Positions 14,605-27,320 of a stretch of DNA of 64,000 nucleotides are shown one piece after another. A model generated the notes under the pieces. The model was not told the DNA's origin. It worked only from the letters and a program-made list of their open reading frames with translations, and did not search any database. The position numbers and the translations under genes are program-made. The stretch covers positions 93,000,001 through 93,064,000 of the forward strand of contig OZ024747.1 in NCBI GenBank assembly GCA_964016885.1, in the 5' to 3' direction. The DNA comes from Eledone cirrhosa (lineage: Eukaryota). Numbering within the stretch: position 1 is the stretch's first letter; each line of letters opens with the position of its first letter.

Positions 14605-14825
14605 CTACAGCCTTGGCAGACAGAAGGCGTTTCCCTGGAGGATGGTGAGGGAGAAGTGCTGGAAGAGCCATTCCAGCTCGCAAGGCTGACACCTGCAGGT
14701 AGCTGACCCTGTGCCAATAGTGGGGTGCAGGGAGGTGTCCCTAGGGGCAAGAACACCAGAAGTCTCCACTGCCTCAGGCTTGACTGCAATCCTCTGTCGG
14801 AGAGCGACTGATATTTGGAGAGTTT
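14605..14825 (-). mobile_element. CRE-like non-LTR retrotransposon 3' fragment (RLE endonuclease end)
   Basis: Minus strand translates AVETSGVLAPRDTSLHPTIG..ELEWLFQHFSLTILQGNAFCL, the typical VETxG...WLxQRxSLAxxRGNA end of CRE-clade ORFs. Confidence 0.7.
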
Positions 14826-14854
14826 ACCCTCCTAGGGCTGAAGTGCAGCGGACG

Positions 14855-15017
14855 GTCACTCTCCGACAGGTTTGCGATCATACTCTTGGCAGTGGAGACT
14901 TCTGGTGTCCTCGGCCCTAGGGCTACCTCCCTACTCACCACCAATGGCGCTGATCTGGCCAGCCGCAGGTGTGACCCTCGCGAGTTGGAATGGCTTTTCC
15001 AACGCGTCTCCCTTGCT
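14855..15017 (+). mobile_element. CRE-like 3' fragment, inverted relative to the adjacent copy
   Basis: LSDRFAIILLAVETSGVLGPRATSLLTT..DPRELEWLFQRVSLA. Confidence 0.7.
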
Positions 15018-15829
15018 GGGAGCTGGGGCTATAGGGAGGCCACCAATATGATTGACCGACTTGTCATTTTATGAGTCAACAGTTGCTGTCGTTAGTCCTA
15101 CCCTTTATGTCTCAACCTCAAATCCTTATTCCATGATGATCATTATCATCATGATTATATTTAATTAAGATATATAGAATATATTAAATATATCAAATTA
15201 GATATAGAAAACACACTTTGCATAGAATTTATAAAATATATTAAACAGAATATATAAACAAAACCTGGGTTAGTTATATTATTAATTCAGCCCCCAAAAT
15301 GTTGGATTATTTTCAAAAGCAGTGTCTTTCATTAGAAATATAACATCTAGTTAATACAGTAACTTTTTATTCTCAACACTGTTCATTTACATATCATGTC
15401 TTCTCTAATATCATTGTGGTGATAACTCTTAGCATCCTGTAATGATTTAGAAGTATCTAAAACTAGAAAGTATCTAAAAACAGGTTCTTTAATTCAAATG
15501 TTTATACTATTTTTATTAGGGGACTACTTGTTGTGAAAAGTTGCAATATGAGAGGAAAGACTTTTAATGTGATGCAGTCATAGAGCTGTTTCATATATTT
15601 CAAGAATGACTTGCAAATGTAGTTTCATGCAGTGCAGGTCATTAATAGTTAAGATGGAGTAAAGAGAAATAGACTTTCTTAAATATGATTATTTTACTGA
15701 AATAAATTCAAACAAAGAACAATACATTCAGATTATACAGACTTCCCTACAATAATAGACAATTAATTCATGTTTCACTCACAAAGTTGACTGGAAGACC
15801 CATTGATAATTACATAAATATGAAAAAGA

Positions 15830-16135
15830 AAGATAAAAATATAATTAAATAATGAGAAAAAGGTGAAGGGGTAAAGAAGGGCAGATCTGGCTGTACGGGA
15901 AAGTAGAGGAAAGGGCTATAAATGCCACATAAATGCCATAAGGAGGGAAAAAGCAAGGACTCATGTCCTACAGAATAAAGTGATGGGCTCTGGGCCTGGG
16001 GTATGGCAGTGTTTGGGCTGCACCCCATGGACAAAACTGCAAAGGCATTTCCGCAGACAATGGCCAGTGAAACCTGCTGCAACAGACACCCCACCTCGTT
16101 GAGCTCCTTCCTCAGGCGGGCTGCTGACGTTCTGA
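15830..16135 (-). mobile_element. CRE-like 3' fragment with 3' UTR
   Basis: CLLQQVSLAIVCGNAFAVL on the - strand. Confidence 0.6.
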
Positions 16136-17200
16136 TTTTGTGGAGGAGCTCAAACTATCAGAAGTTATAATTTGGTCTTGCACTTTTTGTTTCACTAAGA
16201 TGCACTTGTAACATATTTTTGTAAAAATGTCTGAATGACCCTCAATATATCATTCACTATATGTACTTTTCACAAGCTATATTTCATTGTGATTATTCCA
16301 TGCTTGTGTTAGTCTAACATAAATTTATCCCTTTCTCAAAACTGGTTTTGTGAAAAATGAATTTTGATAAATGCCTCATAACTTTTAATTCTGAAATTAG
16401 AGGAAATTGTCTAGAAATCATGATAAATGGCACTACTGAGTCAGTTGGCTTCAAACATTTTCTTATTATTCATGTAAGGATTTATGCATCAACATCTTTC
16501 TGTTGATAAAGTAGCTGTCAACTGTTGACTCTGTTTTCATTCAAACTAATCTTTCCCAATTTTATTCTTACCAAAACACCAAACTAAAGGTAATTGTAGA
16601 TTTAATGCATATTTATTTTCATTAATGTGAATATGCATTAGAGCATTGGATTAAGGTATTTGCTCAAGCTTTCAGCACTATGGGTTCAAATCTTATCAAG
16701 GTCAACTTTGCCTTTCATCTTACTAGGTTCGATGAATAAAGTACTAGTCCAGTGGTGGCGGTGTGGTAGAATTGTTAAACCATCGTATGGGATGCTTTAC
16801 AGTATCTGTTTCAGCTCTGTGTATTCTCAGTTGAAATTCTGCCCTACCACTGGAAAAATGGTGATAATTCTACCAGGAATTTCAACTGATATAATAATAA
16901 TGATAATAATGAAAATATTGTGTACAGTGCTCAGGTGCACTACAACTCATCAAAAGTGTATGTATAGTACATAGGGTTGGAAAAAAAAAACAATGAAAAC
17001 ATAATAGGACTGGAGTCACTATCATAATAATACCCAAGAAGCCTTATATGAGGCCAACTAAACCTACACAGGTGTAAACCATAACAACAGCAACAATCGA
17101 AGACTAGTTTCCTTGATTCAGTTTGATGATCTGCATATTTTTATTTTAATGTGATGAACATAAAACATGAAACAGAAAATGTATGAATGATTGATCATTC

Positions 17201-17394
17201 GGTGGATTGGCAGTATCGGTAGAGAGTCGGACGCCATGCTTTCCAGCAATGAGTTACGGCCCTTTATGGTCTGAGTTCAAATCCTGCCAAGGTTAACCTT
17301 GCCTTTCATCCTTACGGGGTCGATAAAATAAAGTACCAGTAATACGCTGGGATAATTGTTGGCCTTGTGCCAAAAAAAAGTAGAAACAATTATT
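17201..17394 (+). mobile_element. MetaSINE-type SINE
   Basis: Near-identical to 14256-14440. Confidence 0.9.
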
Positions 17395-17810
17395 AGCTAG
17401 TTGTTATGGTGTTTGACTCATGCTCAAAAGGTTGAGGGATTCATTCCTGGACTTTGCAGTGAGTTGTGTTTTTTACCATTAATTAGTATCAGCAATGGAA
17501 AGACCAATGAAAAACTTCTTTCCTTAACCTGATTTGACAATCAGCACTTTTCTTTTTTCTTTTTTTTTTCAGATGATCTATTTTATATTTTTTATAGTTT
17601 TCCTAAATAAAGGCAGTAATTTTGGAAGAGGGGGAAAGTTGATTAAATCGACCCCAGTGTGTTACTGGTACTTTATTTGAAATCAGAATTCAAAGGGTCG
17701 TAACTATGCTGCAAAGCATGTCCGACACTCTTCCAATACTGTCAATCCCCCACTTTATTTATAATAATAATAAAATAAATTCCTACATGATCATTTTATT
17801 TCTATTTCAG

Positions 17811-17900
17811 GTGATATTATATGTCAACAAAGTCGGTCCATATTTCAATCCTCACGAAACATACCACTATTATCAGCTACCAGTGTGCAGACCAGTGAAG
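17811..17900 (+). CDS. TM9SF1: Transmembrane 9 superfamily member 1, internal exon (phase 0-0)
   Basis: tttcag|GTG...AAG|gtgaat; [30 protein letters not shown] matches the TM9SF1 N-terminal luminal domain ([26 protein letters not shown]). Confidence 0.93.
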
Positions 17901-17945
17901 GTGAATATAATTGACTACTTTTATAATATTATCTAGCTTTGTATG

Positions 17946-18000
17946 TAAAGTACCAGTAATACACTGGGTAATTGCTGGCCTTGTGCCTAACGTAGAAACA
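17946..18000 (+). mobile_element. 5'-truncated MetaSINE-type SINE with 18-bp TSD
   Basis: SINE 3' end flanked by ATTATCTAGCTTTGTATG at 17928-17945 and 18001-18018. Confidence 0.85.
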
Positions 18001-18178
18001 ATTATCTAGCTTTGTATGGAACAAGTTCTAAATTGCTTGAAATCTTCCATAAAATCCTCAGAAGAAAATTGAAAGAAAACAGGAATGAATCAAGATTTAA
18101 TAGAACTGAGAATAAAAGGATTCTCTATCTCCTCTCTTTCACATATATATATATATATACATACACACACACACACAT

Positions 18179-18345
18179 ATATTCATTTATATTAAGGCTA
18201 AAAAGTGAGTCTTGTTACTCCGGAGTTTCACCTGTTTAAACAGGAAAAACTCCAGAGTAACAAGATACACTTTTTAGCCTTAATATAAATGAATATTAAA
18301 TCTTTACTTCAGTATTGAGTACTCTTTTCTCTCTTTTCACATATG
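18179..18345. repeat. 118-bp near-perfect palindrome plus one-sided tail; arms contain an HHR 3' half
   Basis: Arms 18179-18237 and 18238-18296, centre CCTGTTT|AAACAGG. The - strand reads caggt-GAAA-ctccggag-TA-acaag. Confidence 0.85.
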
Positions 18346-18353
18346 GATATAAA

Positions 18354-19166
18354 CGAGGTGTGTCAGAAAAGTAACAGGACTTTGTGTGCTGTGTAAGCTA
18401 TAAGTGGAGTAGGGATTAGCAGGTTGGGTTGTCACTGTGTGATGTAATATTTGGGGAGTATATAGCTGTGATCTCAGCTCACTTCAAACATTGTATGTCT
18501 TTTCATGTGCTTTTGTTAACAGCAACTCAATTTTAGGCCATCAAACAATGGGCACGGAGCAACAAACCAACCTAAAGTTTCTGGTCTGGCTGGGGAAAAC
18601 TCCATCAGAAGCACTCGAAATTCTGCAGCAAATGTACAGAGATGAGATGATATCATGCTCGTGGCTTTTTGAGTAGCACAAAAGGTGGAAGACAACTCCA
18701 AGAGCAGAAAGCCTTCAATGAGCAGGACTGAGGCCAATGTTGAGCATGTGAGGCAGGTGGTGCATGGTGATCATCGGCTGACTGTTTGACTGATCGCAAG
18801 TGAACTGGGCATGAACCATGACAGCATGTGGAAGATTATCACTAAAGGTGGTACCGAAGTTGCTGAACTATTACCAGGAGTGGCACATGCTCGAGCATCT
18901 TGAAACTGAACCAGACTCACTGGAGAGAGTCACCACCTGTGATGAGTCATGAGGACCCGTTTTCCAGATTTGGAAGCCATCTAGAGGAGCTACAGAGGAT
19001 TTCTGGAGAATCCTTCCAGGAGTGCATGGAGACGTGGCGAAGAAGGATGTAAAAGTATATTAGACTCAAGGGGAATTATTTTGAAGGGGAAAACTTGTAG
19101 TTTGGATTTTGAAATTTTTTTTTTTTTTTTGTAACCCCAGTTTTGTTTCTTTTCAGACACACCTCA
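18354..19166 (+). mobile_element. Decayed mariner-like DNA transposon (internally deleted)
   Basis: TIRs CGAGGTGTGTCAGAAAAGTAAC / GTTTCTTTTCAGACACACCTC. Transposase remnant MGTEQQTNLKFLVWLGKTPSEALEILQQMY, HGDHRLTV, RVTTCDES. Confidence 0.85.
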
Positions 19167-19319
19167 TATATGTGTGTAGTACAAGCTCAATTGTGTGCTT
19201 AAGATGTCCGGTCCATAATCATGTAGTTTTGGGGTTCAATCCCACTGCATGGCAGCTTTGGGCTGACCAATGCCTCCTAAGTGAATTTAGCATATATTTA
19301 TTTATTTCTGGACCAGATG

Positions 19320-19585
19320 CAAGGTGGTCGTGGATGTGCCACGGCAAAAAAAGCACCCAGCCCACACTGTAAAGTGGACGTGTAGGTGCCACGTAAAAAG
19401 CACCCAGCACTCACTGTAAATGAGGTTGGTGTTAGGAAGGGCATCCAGCTGTAGAAATCAAGCCAAAATCAGTTCTGTATGAGCAAGGCATGGTCAGCCG
19501 ACCAGACACTGCCCACAACAGGACAACCCGTTTAACCCATGCTAGCATGGAAGAACGGACGTAAAACGGTGGTGATGATGATGGT
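19320..19585 (+). mobile_element. RTE-tailed SINE/bipartite element with ~46-bp subrepeats
   Basis: AAAAAGCACCCAG..CACTGTAAA units, GTTAGGAAGGGCATCC, RTE tail with (GAT)n. Confidence 0.75.
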
Positions 19586-20558
19586 GCATTGTGTTATTGA
19601 GCAAGACACTTAATTTCATATTGCTTTTTTATGATAGGACTGGGGCGCCTATCATTAAAATACCTAAAAAACCTCATATGAAATACAATCTAATAGGAAG
19701 CGATATAAATCTTCATAGCTAAGCTGTAAAACTTATTCGATTTCCATTTCAAATCTATTTTATCTGAGTGTGAAAATTCACACACAATTGTAAAATCATG
19801 CGTTTGATTCCTGGTGGCATGTTGTGTCTTTAAGCAAGACACTTTCACATTGCTCTAGTTTACTTAAATAACAAAAATGAGTTGAACACACTGTGTTACA
19901 CTGAGACTCTTGGACTGCTCATGCACTTGCACATTAATCTCATGAACAGGTCATTTCATTGTTTGAACAACTGGGACACTCATGGATAATGAGAAGTCCA
20001 ATAACATTTTATCTCATTTTCATGAATGGAAGCTTATATATTTCAATTTTCTCTATTTTCCCATACAGCCAAATCTGCCCTTCTTTACCCCTTCCCTTTT
20101 TTTTCATTACTTAATTTTGTTTTTATCTTCCTTTTTCATATTTATGTAATCATCAATGGTTTTTTTTAAGGCAACTTTGTGAGTTTGATTTGAATAAAAT
20201 AAAGATATATCCTACCAAAATAAAGATGAGAATATATGCTGAGTACAAATTGGAAGATAAAAAAAAGACGAGAAAGATTTTATATCATCATTGTCATAAT
20301 GTCATCATCATTTTATGTCCACTTTTCATGCTGGCATGGGTTGGACAGGTTGTCACAGTCCATGACCAGACAGGTCAGATCAACACAGTAATATTTTTTT
20401 TAAATATGGTAATTACTAGGAAATAAAAGGCAATCTTGATTTTTTTGTATCTTTTGATATGTGATATTGTCTGTGTTTTTTGTTGTTGTTTAATGCTATA
20501 GTTTCAATGCTTAGTGATGGTTTAAAAGTATCTAAAACATTTTGAAATTTCATTTCAG

Positions 20559-20640
20559 ATTGAACACAAATCACTCACTTTAGGGGAAGTCCTTGATGGA
20601 GATCGAATGGCTGTTTCTTTGTATGAATTAAATTTCAAAA
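20559..20640 (+). CDS. TM9SF1: TM9SF1 internal exon (phase 0-1)
   Basis: tttcag|ATT...AAAA|gtaagt; [27 protein letters not shown] matches TM9SF1 [26 protein letters not shown]. Confidence 0.95.
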
Positions 20641-21215
20641 GTAAGTGCCCTTTATAAATAAGAATTATATTCTTATATTCTTTTTCTTGTTTCAGTCAGT
20701 AGACTGCAGCCATACTGAGGCACAGCCTTGCTTTAGTCAAGCATATCAATCCTTATACATATTTTTTTCTCAAATCTGCTACTTATTTTATTGATCTTGT
20801 TTTTGTCAAACCAATAAGTTACAGGACATAAACACTGGCAAACATAGACATGGATATACACACATACATACATATGATGATCATATATATATATATATAG
20901 TTGATATGGCAGAGTTATTAGTGCTGGATATTTGTTCCAGGTCTCTATGTTCTGAATTGAAATCTCCCGAGGTCTACTTTGCCTTTCATCCTGGAATGAG
21001 GAATTATTATTATTTAAAACTGATTTTTTTTATTCTCAGAATTTTTAAGCCAAACCTCTATTCAAACTACAGGGCTAAATAATTCTCAATCAGTTATTTA
21101 TGTTGGGTAGGGTATCCTCGTATTGATTAGTTTCTTGTGATGTTGCTTAAGCTAAAATATATATAGTACAATGAAGAAATATATTAGTTTAATGCTTGAA
21201 ATAATAGGAAAAGAG

Positions 21216-21250
21216 TTTTAACGTTTTGGACACTAGTCCTTCATCAGAAG
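21216..21250 (-). ncRNA. Decayed minimal HHR motif (PLE pseudo-LTR remnant)
   Basis: Reverse complement tt-CTGATGA-a-ggac-tagt-gtcc-AAAA-cgt-TA-aa, with GAAA mutated to AAAA. Second copy at 37449-37482. Confidence 0.55.
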
Positions 21251-21779
21251 ATAGAATGAGGAATAGGTAGATAAAAAGTGAGATGAGGAAGGAATGGAAA
21301 AAAAACACACACGCATATTCACTCAGTTATTTTTCAGTAGTTCATGACCAACATGTAGACTAACACACTGACCATTGAAGCAATGGTTATGCTGACTGTG
21401 CTATTGTTCCATAGAGCAATTATTTGATGAAATTTAGGGACTTTAAATATAACTTTTTTAAATATATTCCTAGGTTTAATGTTCTCTCTTAATTAAAGGC
21501 TGTTAACTCTTTTGATACCAAACTACTTGAAACTGCCCTGGTTCCACATGCTAAAATGTGTCTTATATTTATTTAAAAACCTTCCATCATAATTTTATAG
21601 AAGAACGTTTGTTAAGTTATGCTCCAAACAACAGTTTAATAAGGGAAAGTTAGTTAGTTATATTACTAAATTCCTCCAAATTCTTGATTATTTTCAAAAT
21701 TATTTGAAAATAATAGGAAATATCTTTCATTATAAATATGGTAATGAAAGGGTTTACATTTGAGAATTTGGTGAACAAA

Positions 21780-22600
21780 GTAGACAGCAGTGATTTGAGG
21801 TGTTTTTAAGATGAGAATGACAAGAGTGATAAGTAGTAGGTGATAAGAGATAAGTGTATTATGAGTGGTAGAGATAATTTTTCTGGTTATTAGTAAGGGC
21901 TTTGGGTAACTTTCAGTAGAAGAGTGGGTCACTGAGCTGTCAATGTGCTTCTTCTTTGAAGAGATCTGTGTCAGACACACATTAATGGTTTAATGCTAAT
22001 ACCACTTTGACTGCAGAGCATACAAAGTGTGTTAAATTCAGATTCTCATGGCATGTCATTGTTTTAAATTGAACAACTCTAAGTCATGGTGACACTTGTT
22101 CATGAACAAGTAGGAAAATGTTTAGTTTGTAGAATACTGATTCAGTGGAAGATTGTGTTGAGAATGAGAAATGTAATTATTTCATCTTATATTGCAGCAT
22201 CGTCTGCAGCATAAGCATTGTTGAAATTGTTGTTACTAATTGTTTGAAATAGAGATTTATTGTTTAAGTTGTGTAGTAAAGTTATAAATGTTTGCCTGTT
22301 TTGATTTGAGGGTGGGGAGAGGTTTTCAGAAAAGAAATAGGTAGAAACTCCATACAGTACACCTAATGTAAAGTTTGGGTGTAGCAGGATGACAAGACTG
22401 AGTAAAGAGATTTCATGTGAGAGAGAAACACAGGGATAGTTGGTAGTAAGAGTACCAGTGATATAAAATCTCTCCAATCCAAGGAAGACTCTATAAAAGT
22501 ACTTGACAGCTTCTGTTAACTAGGTTGTCAAATTAGCAGTGTAGGAAGGTGCTTTGAAAGCATAATGACCATAGTAAGAGTGATGTGGAAAAAGCTCAGT
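21780..22600 (-). mobile_element. Ancient, highly degraded LINE-like fragment (uncertain)
   Basis: Strand-biased composition and broken APE-like reading frames; no clean motif. Confidence 0.25.
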
Positions 22601-23085
22601 GAGCTAGCTATTAATTCTGCTAGACATTCTCTACCTGAGAAAAGAATAGATTATATGATACCTGCAAACAAAGTGAGATGTTGCCTGGTAGTGAGATATG
22701 GGCATTGAATGCAGAGGATGTGTGGAGGTTAGAAAGAAATTAGGCTAGCTTGATCCAATGGATGTGTAATATTAGTTAGTGTACATAAATGACAAAGTAC
22801 AGATGAGTTGAAGAAAAAAACTGGGCATAAGAGGAATGACATGTAGTGTGAAGAAGTAAAGATTGCACTGTTACAGTCACATGGTGCATATGGATGAGGT
22901 TCATTGGATGACGAAGTGCCAGCTGTTTCAAATGGAAGGCCTAGGAAAATCTGAGCAAAAATAGTGAGAGCAGATCTTAGAATGTTGAATCTCACAAAAG
23001 AAATGACAGGTGTGGCAAATTCAGGAAAGGTGAGCTGGAGAAGACTCGCCCAACCCATACAATCATGGAAAGGCAGATGTAAAAA
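22600..23085 (+). mobile_element. Old RTE LINE 3' fragment
   Basis: Degenerate match to the RTE C-terminus (GGTAGTGAGATATGG, GGAAGGCCTAGGAAAATCTG, CAACCCATAC..GGAAAGGCAGATGTAAAA). Confidence 0.75.
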
Positions 23086-23092
23086 TAATAAT

Positions 23093-23278
23093 TGTTTCTA
23101 CTTTAGGCACAAGGCCAGCAATTACCCAGTGCATTACTGGTACTTTATTTTATCGACCCCGTAAGGATGAAAGGCAAAGTCAACCTCGGCGGGATTTGAA
23201 CTCAGATCGTAAAGGGACGTAACTATGCTGGAAAGCATGGCGTCCGACCCTCTACCGATACTGCCAATCCACCGCCCT
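23093..23278 (-). mobile_element. MetaSINE-type SINE with 16-bp TSD, inserted in the RTE tail
   Basis: TSD ATGTAAAAATAATAAT at 23077-23092 and 23279-23294. Confidence 0.9.
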
Positions 23279-24406
23279 ATGTAAAAATAATAATGATGAT
23301 GATATAGGCATTCTTGAGGCTTTTGGGGTGAAATTTAGTCTGTAACTGATATGTTATATTTAAGATTATTTAACTAGGCTTTTTCAATGTGTAGATGCAA
23401 TTACAATTTTTGGTATTACATTTTATGATATGTTTTTAGGTGAGGGTCTTCTGTATTTATTTTGTTAAAACTATAGACTACTTTAAGTGAGTGATTCTGA
23501 AGTATTAAAGTTTGTTAGTTTGGTTTTGTTTTGTTTGGTCAGTTTTCTTGTAATTGGTGAATGTGTTTTGATTGTATCACTGTGTGAGTATGTATAGATG
23601 GTAACTTGTAGGAGGTGTCTAAATGGAGATTAGATGTAAACACAATGTCATGAAACTCAAAAAAGTAATACACACACAAAAATAATTACAATGATGAATC
23701 ACAATGTATTTGCAACTTTATTAGATACCATCTCCAAAATCACATATTAACAGTCATATATATAATAAACAAACTATAGGAAGTGTTGCCATTGTTGTTT
23801 CAAAAACACTTATGTCCTAACACATAAATTACTCCAAAATACTAATTGGCATTATAAGCAGTCTACACTTCCTGTACACAATTAAGACAAAAAGACGTAA
23901 TACACACGCAAATAAAATATAACTCACCATACATATGACAAGTATCAATCAAATTCAAAATATATAACAAAACTAGTATAACATGAAAAACTTAAATGTT
24001 GCATTTAAGCACAGATATCATTAGAAAACTTTGATTCAGTTCCAAACTACATAAACTGTTGCTTTTCATGTAGATGGCTTCTCTGTGATGATAAATATAA
24101 CTTATAGTGAGAGAATAGAGACTGCATGGACTGGAGAGGTCCCTCTTAGTCTTGCAGGAAACTAAAAAAACCTCTAGTATTGGTGACATAATAAAATTCA
24201 CATATCGTCTGTAAAATGATTGGCATTAGGAGGGGTATCGAGTCATAGTAATCATGCCAAAACATTGGAATGTATGAGCAAGATGTGTCTCTCTACTCCA
24301 TCTAATCTCGGATCATGCCAACATAGTAAACAGTTGTAAAATGATGATGACATAGCTTTCTTACAGGGAACAATATTACAACCACCATATAAAACAACCC
24401 CAAAGT

Positions 24407-24458
<52 letters not shown>

Positions 24459-24460
<2 letters not shown>

Positions 24461-24695
24461 ATCATCATCATCATTTTATGTCTGTTTTTCCCTGCTTGCA
24501 AGGGAGGGACGGGTCCTCTTCAGCACAGCATCTTTGCAGTTGTCATCTCCTCTGAGCTTCAATGATCTGAGGTCAGCTCTCACCACCTCTACCCATATCT
24601 TCCGTGGTCTTTCTCTACTGCATCTTCCTGCCACTGGGATCACCTGGCACTTCTTCATCCAGCAGTCGTCATCCATGCGCATCACATGGCCATAT
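24459..24695 (-). mobile_element. RTE LINE 3' fragment
   Basis: [48 protein letters not shown]; inserted next to (TA)n. Confidence 0.9.
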
Positions 24696-24809
24696 GTGTG
24701 TGTGTGTGTGTGTGTGAAAAATATGGTACTTTGCACAATGATGATGAAACTAAAGGCATCATTCTAAATAATTTGTATATACTTGAGAGTGGCATAAACA
24801 TGTCAGTTT

Positions 24810-25046
24810 GAACATAGATGACATGTGGTTAGAATGTCTCATGAAATAATCACTGGACAGATTTTACAGGCAAAACCAACCAGCAGGAGACCAAGGGGTA
24901 GACCCCAAGCAAGATGGTTGGATAACAACCATGAGCTCAACTAGTCTCGCTTGAAGATCTCGGATGCTTCTAACCCGACCTGCTGGAAGGTGTGTTAGAG
25001 GACTCTGCCCCCGCGACCCTCCCAGGAATAAGTGAGTGAAGAAGAT
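24810..25046 (+). mobile_element. Expander/Rex3-like RTE 3' fragment
   Basis: AKPTSRRPRGRPQARWLD and terminal CTGCCCCCGCGACCC..ATAAG..GAAGAAGAT. Confidence 0.65.
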
Positions 25047-25149
25047 ATGGGCCTCTATCACTCGAAAAAGAATTTAAAGCTACTTTATAAAATCCATAGA
25101 AATATTTTGAAGTCCATAACTTTTTCACACATATATAACTAGGATATAT

Positions 25150-26000
25150 GTGGGGATATATGTGGAGTAATATTCACTTTGAACGGTTGAGTTTTGTTAA
25201 TTAGAGTAAGCTGGAAAAGGGTTCTGCTGGGATGCTGTTGTGAGGATTATATAAGATTTTTAATGTAGATCCTGAGAAATGAGGTTCAAAGGTGTGATGA
25301 GAAAGACAAAAAGAGGGAGAGCATTGAATCAGGATTATGTTTTGTAAATTTATCAATTTCAGCGTCTGATGGAGTAGCTCTAAAAGTGATAAGGAGAGGA
25401 CAAAGCTTTGCAGTGGATCAATATTTGATGAGTGTAGACAAGTTTATCTGTTAAACAGCTTTTTCTTTAGATTATGTTTAAGTGAGATGGATGTGCAGTG
25501 CTCTCTAGTATGTGGATTATTTCTACTTTGTAGTGTATCCATTCAGGTCTGAAGAGTTTTCTGAGCTTTAAGAGTACAGCCAGTCTCTGAAGCAATGTGT
25601 TAGCAATATGTAATAAATAGAATGTCTATTAGATTTAATCTCAGCTTGCTCACAGGCTTAACCTTTGTAACATAGAAGTTTGAATTATTTATCATTAATG
25701 GTTAGAGTAAAAGATTACTGATAGGCGATGAGGTTTGTTGTGGATCAGTCTTTTTTGGTATGCTTGCAGACGTGGAATTATAGGTGAGAATCAGGATTTT
25801 AAAATGGCACAAGAAGTGATAATTAACGAATGTTTTTATTATTTAAGAGATTTGAATTTGTGATATTAAATCACTGAATTGTCTGTCATACTGCCCCCCA
25901 TTTGTAATGTTTAATATTTTCAATGAGACCTTAGGATTTGAGTCAAAACTATGAAAGAATTGAGAGCTTTTGACCTCAGCAATAAAATCAGTTAAATGGC
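25150..26000 (-). mobile_element. Ancient degraded LINE-like fragment (uncertain)
   Basis: Composition bias and a broken GGG-containing APE-like stretch. Confidence 0.25.
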
Positions 26001-26599
26001 ATATATAGCTTAAGGGAGGTAATTTTTGGAATATAATAATTTTTCTTACAGATATTTAACAAAAACCTTTTAATATGTAAGAGTATATTAACATGTAGAT
26101 TGTAGCAACTAAGTCATATAATAAAATAGCTAACAATATTGATGAAATAGTGATATTTAGAATCTTAATATAGCAATGAAGTTCAACTTGATGGAAACAT
26201 GCTGGATACCAGTGTTAATGTGGAAGACAGAGAATTCAATGTGGCACGTCCTATTATTTCAAGACTAGGTTTTCTTGTGAATGTGTTTTGAAACCAGGTC
26301 CCTTCTGTGTTCATAACATTTTCTTCTTTTTGTTTATTTGTAGTAATTTCAACCTTTCCGTTTCCAACTCTGTCACTGTGTTCCAGTATAGATATAGATA
26401 TTGTATTTTCATCCTGGTGATATCTTCTTCGTTATTATCACAATTTTTATATTCAATTTTCCATGTTTACATGGATTGTATGGAGCCTCCCAACATAGAC
26501 TCTTGCCACTTGTTGCAGTCTTTTATCATGTTTTGTGACATTCACCATCCTGAGATCAGCTTTCACCACTTTTACCAATCACTACCTCAGTCCATCTCT

Positions 26600-27320
26600 G
26601 CCACATAAATCACCTGGCAATTATTTACCTATTTCGTCGTCGTTCATATGCATTACATATCTGTTTTAACATCCACCTGATTTCTCTAAGACCCAGTTTT
26701 TCTCTCAACTCAGTTGTGCTGTATTTTCATGCACACTAACATTACCCATCCAGTAGAATATGTTCACTACTGTATAATATTGCACTTCATACTCAAATAT
26801 AACACAGTCTATCCTTTGCTTGAAGAAAGAAGTGCTTTGTTGTCAACAGCAGTAATAGCTCCTTCAACTTTCTGCACCCTGTTCATATTCTAGTTACTAT
26901 GATTTCAGAGCACCCTTACCACTGCTAATTAGGTTACCTAGGTAACAGAAACTATCAATTACTTTTATGGAGCTTTCTGAACTGAGGAAAACATTTATTT
27001 TACTTGTGCTCTGATTGCTGACTACACTTCTGCATCTGTCACATACAAAGTCTCTTTCCTTTGTCACCCTCCTGTGATGTCACTATGCCTTGTGCACCCA
27101 GTGTTTACATAGCTACATTATATAGAGTTCTTATCTACTTTTTTTCTGCATATCATACATGGCCATTTCTCTGATGGTGTCACAGTCCTTTCTTATACAT
27201 TATACTTTGAGGTCTTTCATCTCTAGGTTTTGTTTCCATGTTTCCAAATCCTCCACAGATGCAGCAATAAGTTACACGTCATCAGCAGCATACAGGAGAC
27301 ATCAAAGATTGCACCACTGT
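26600..27320 (-). mobile_element. Old RTE LINE fragment (LLYADD through PHD region)
   Basis: Degenerate alignment to 2900-3600 (CATCAGCAGCATACAGGAG, CATGGCCATTTCTCTGA, TTACCTAGGTAACAGAAACTATC). Confidence 0.75.
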
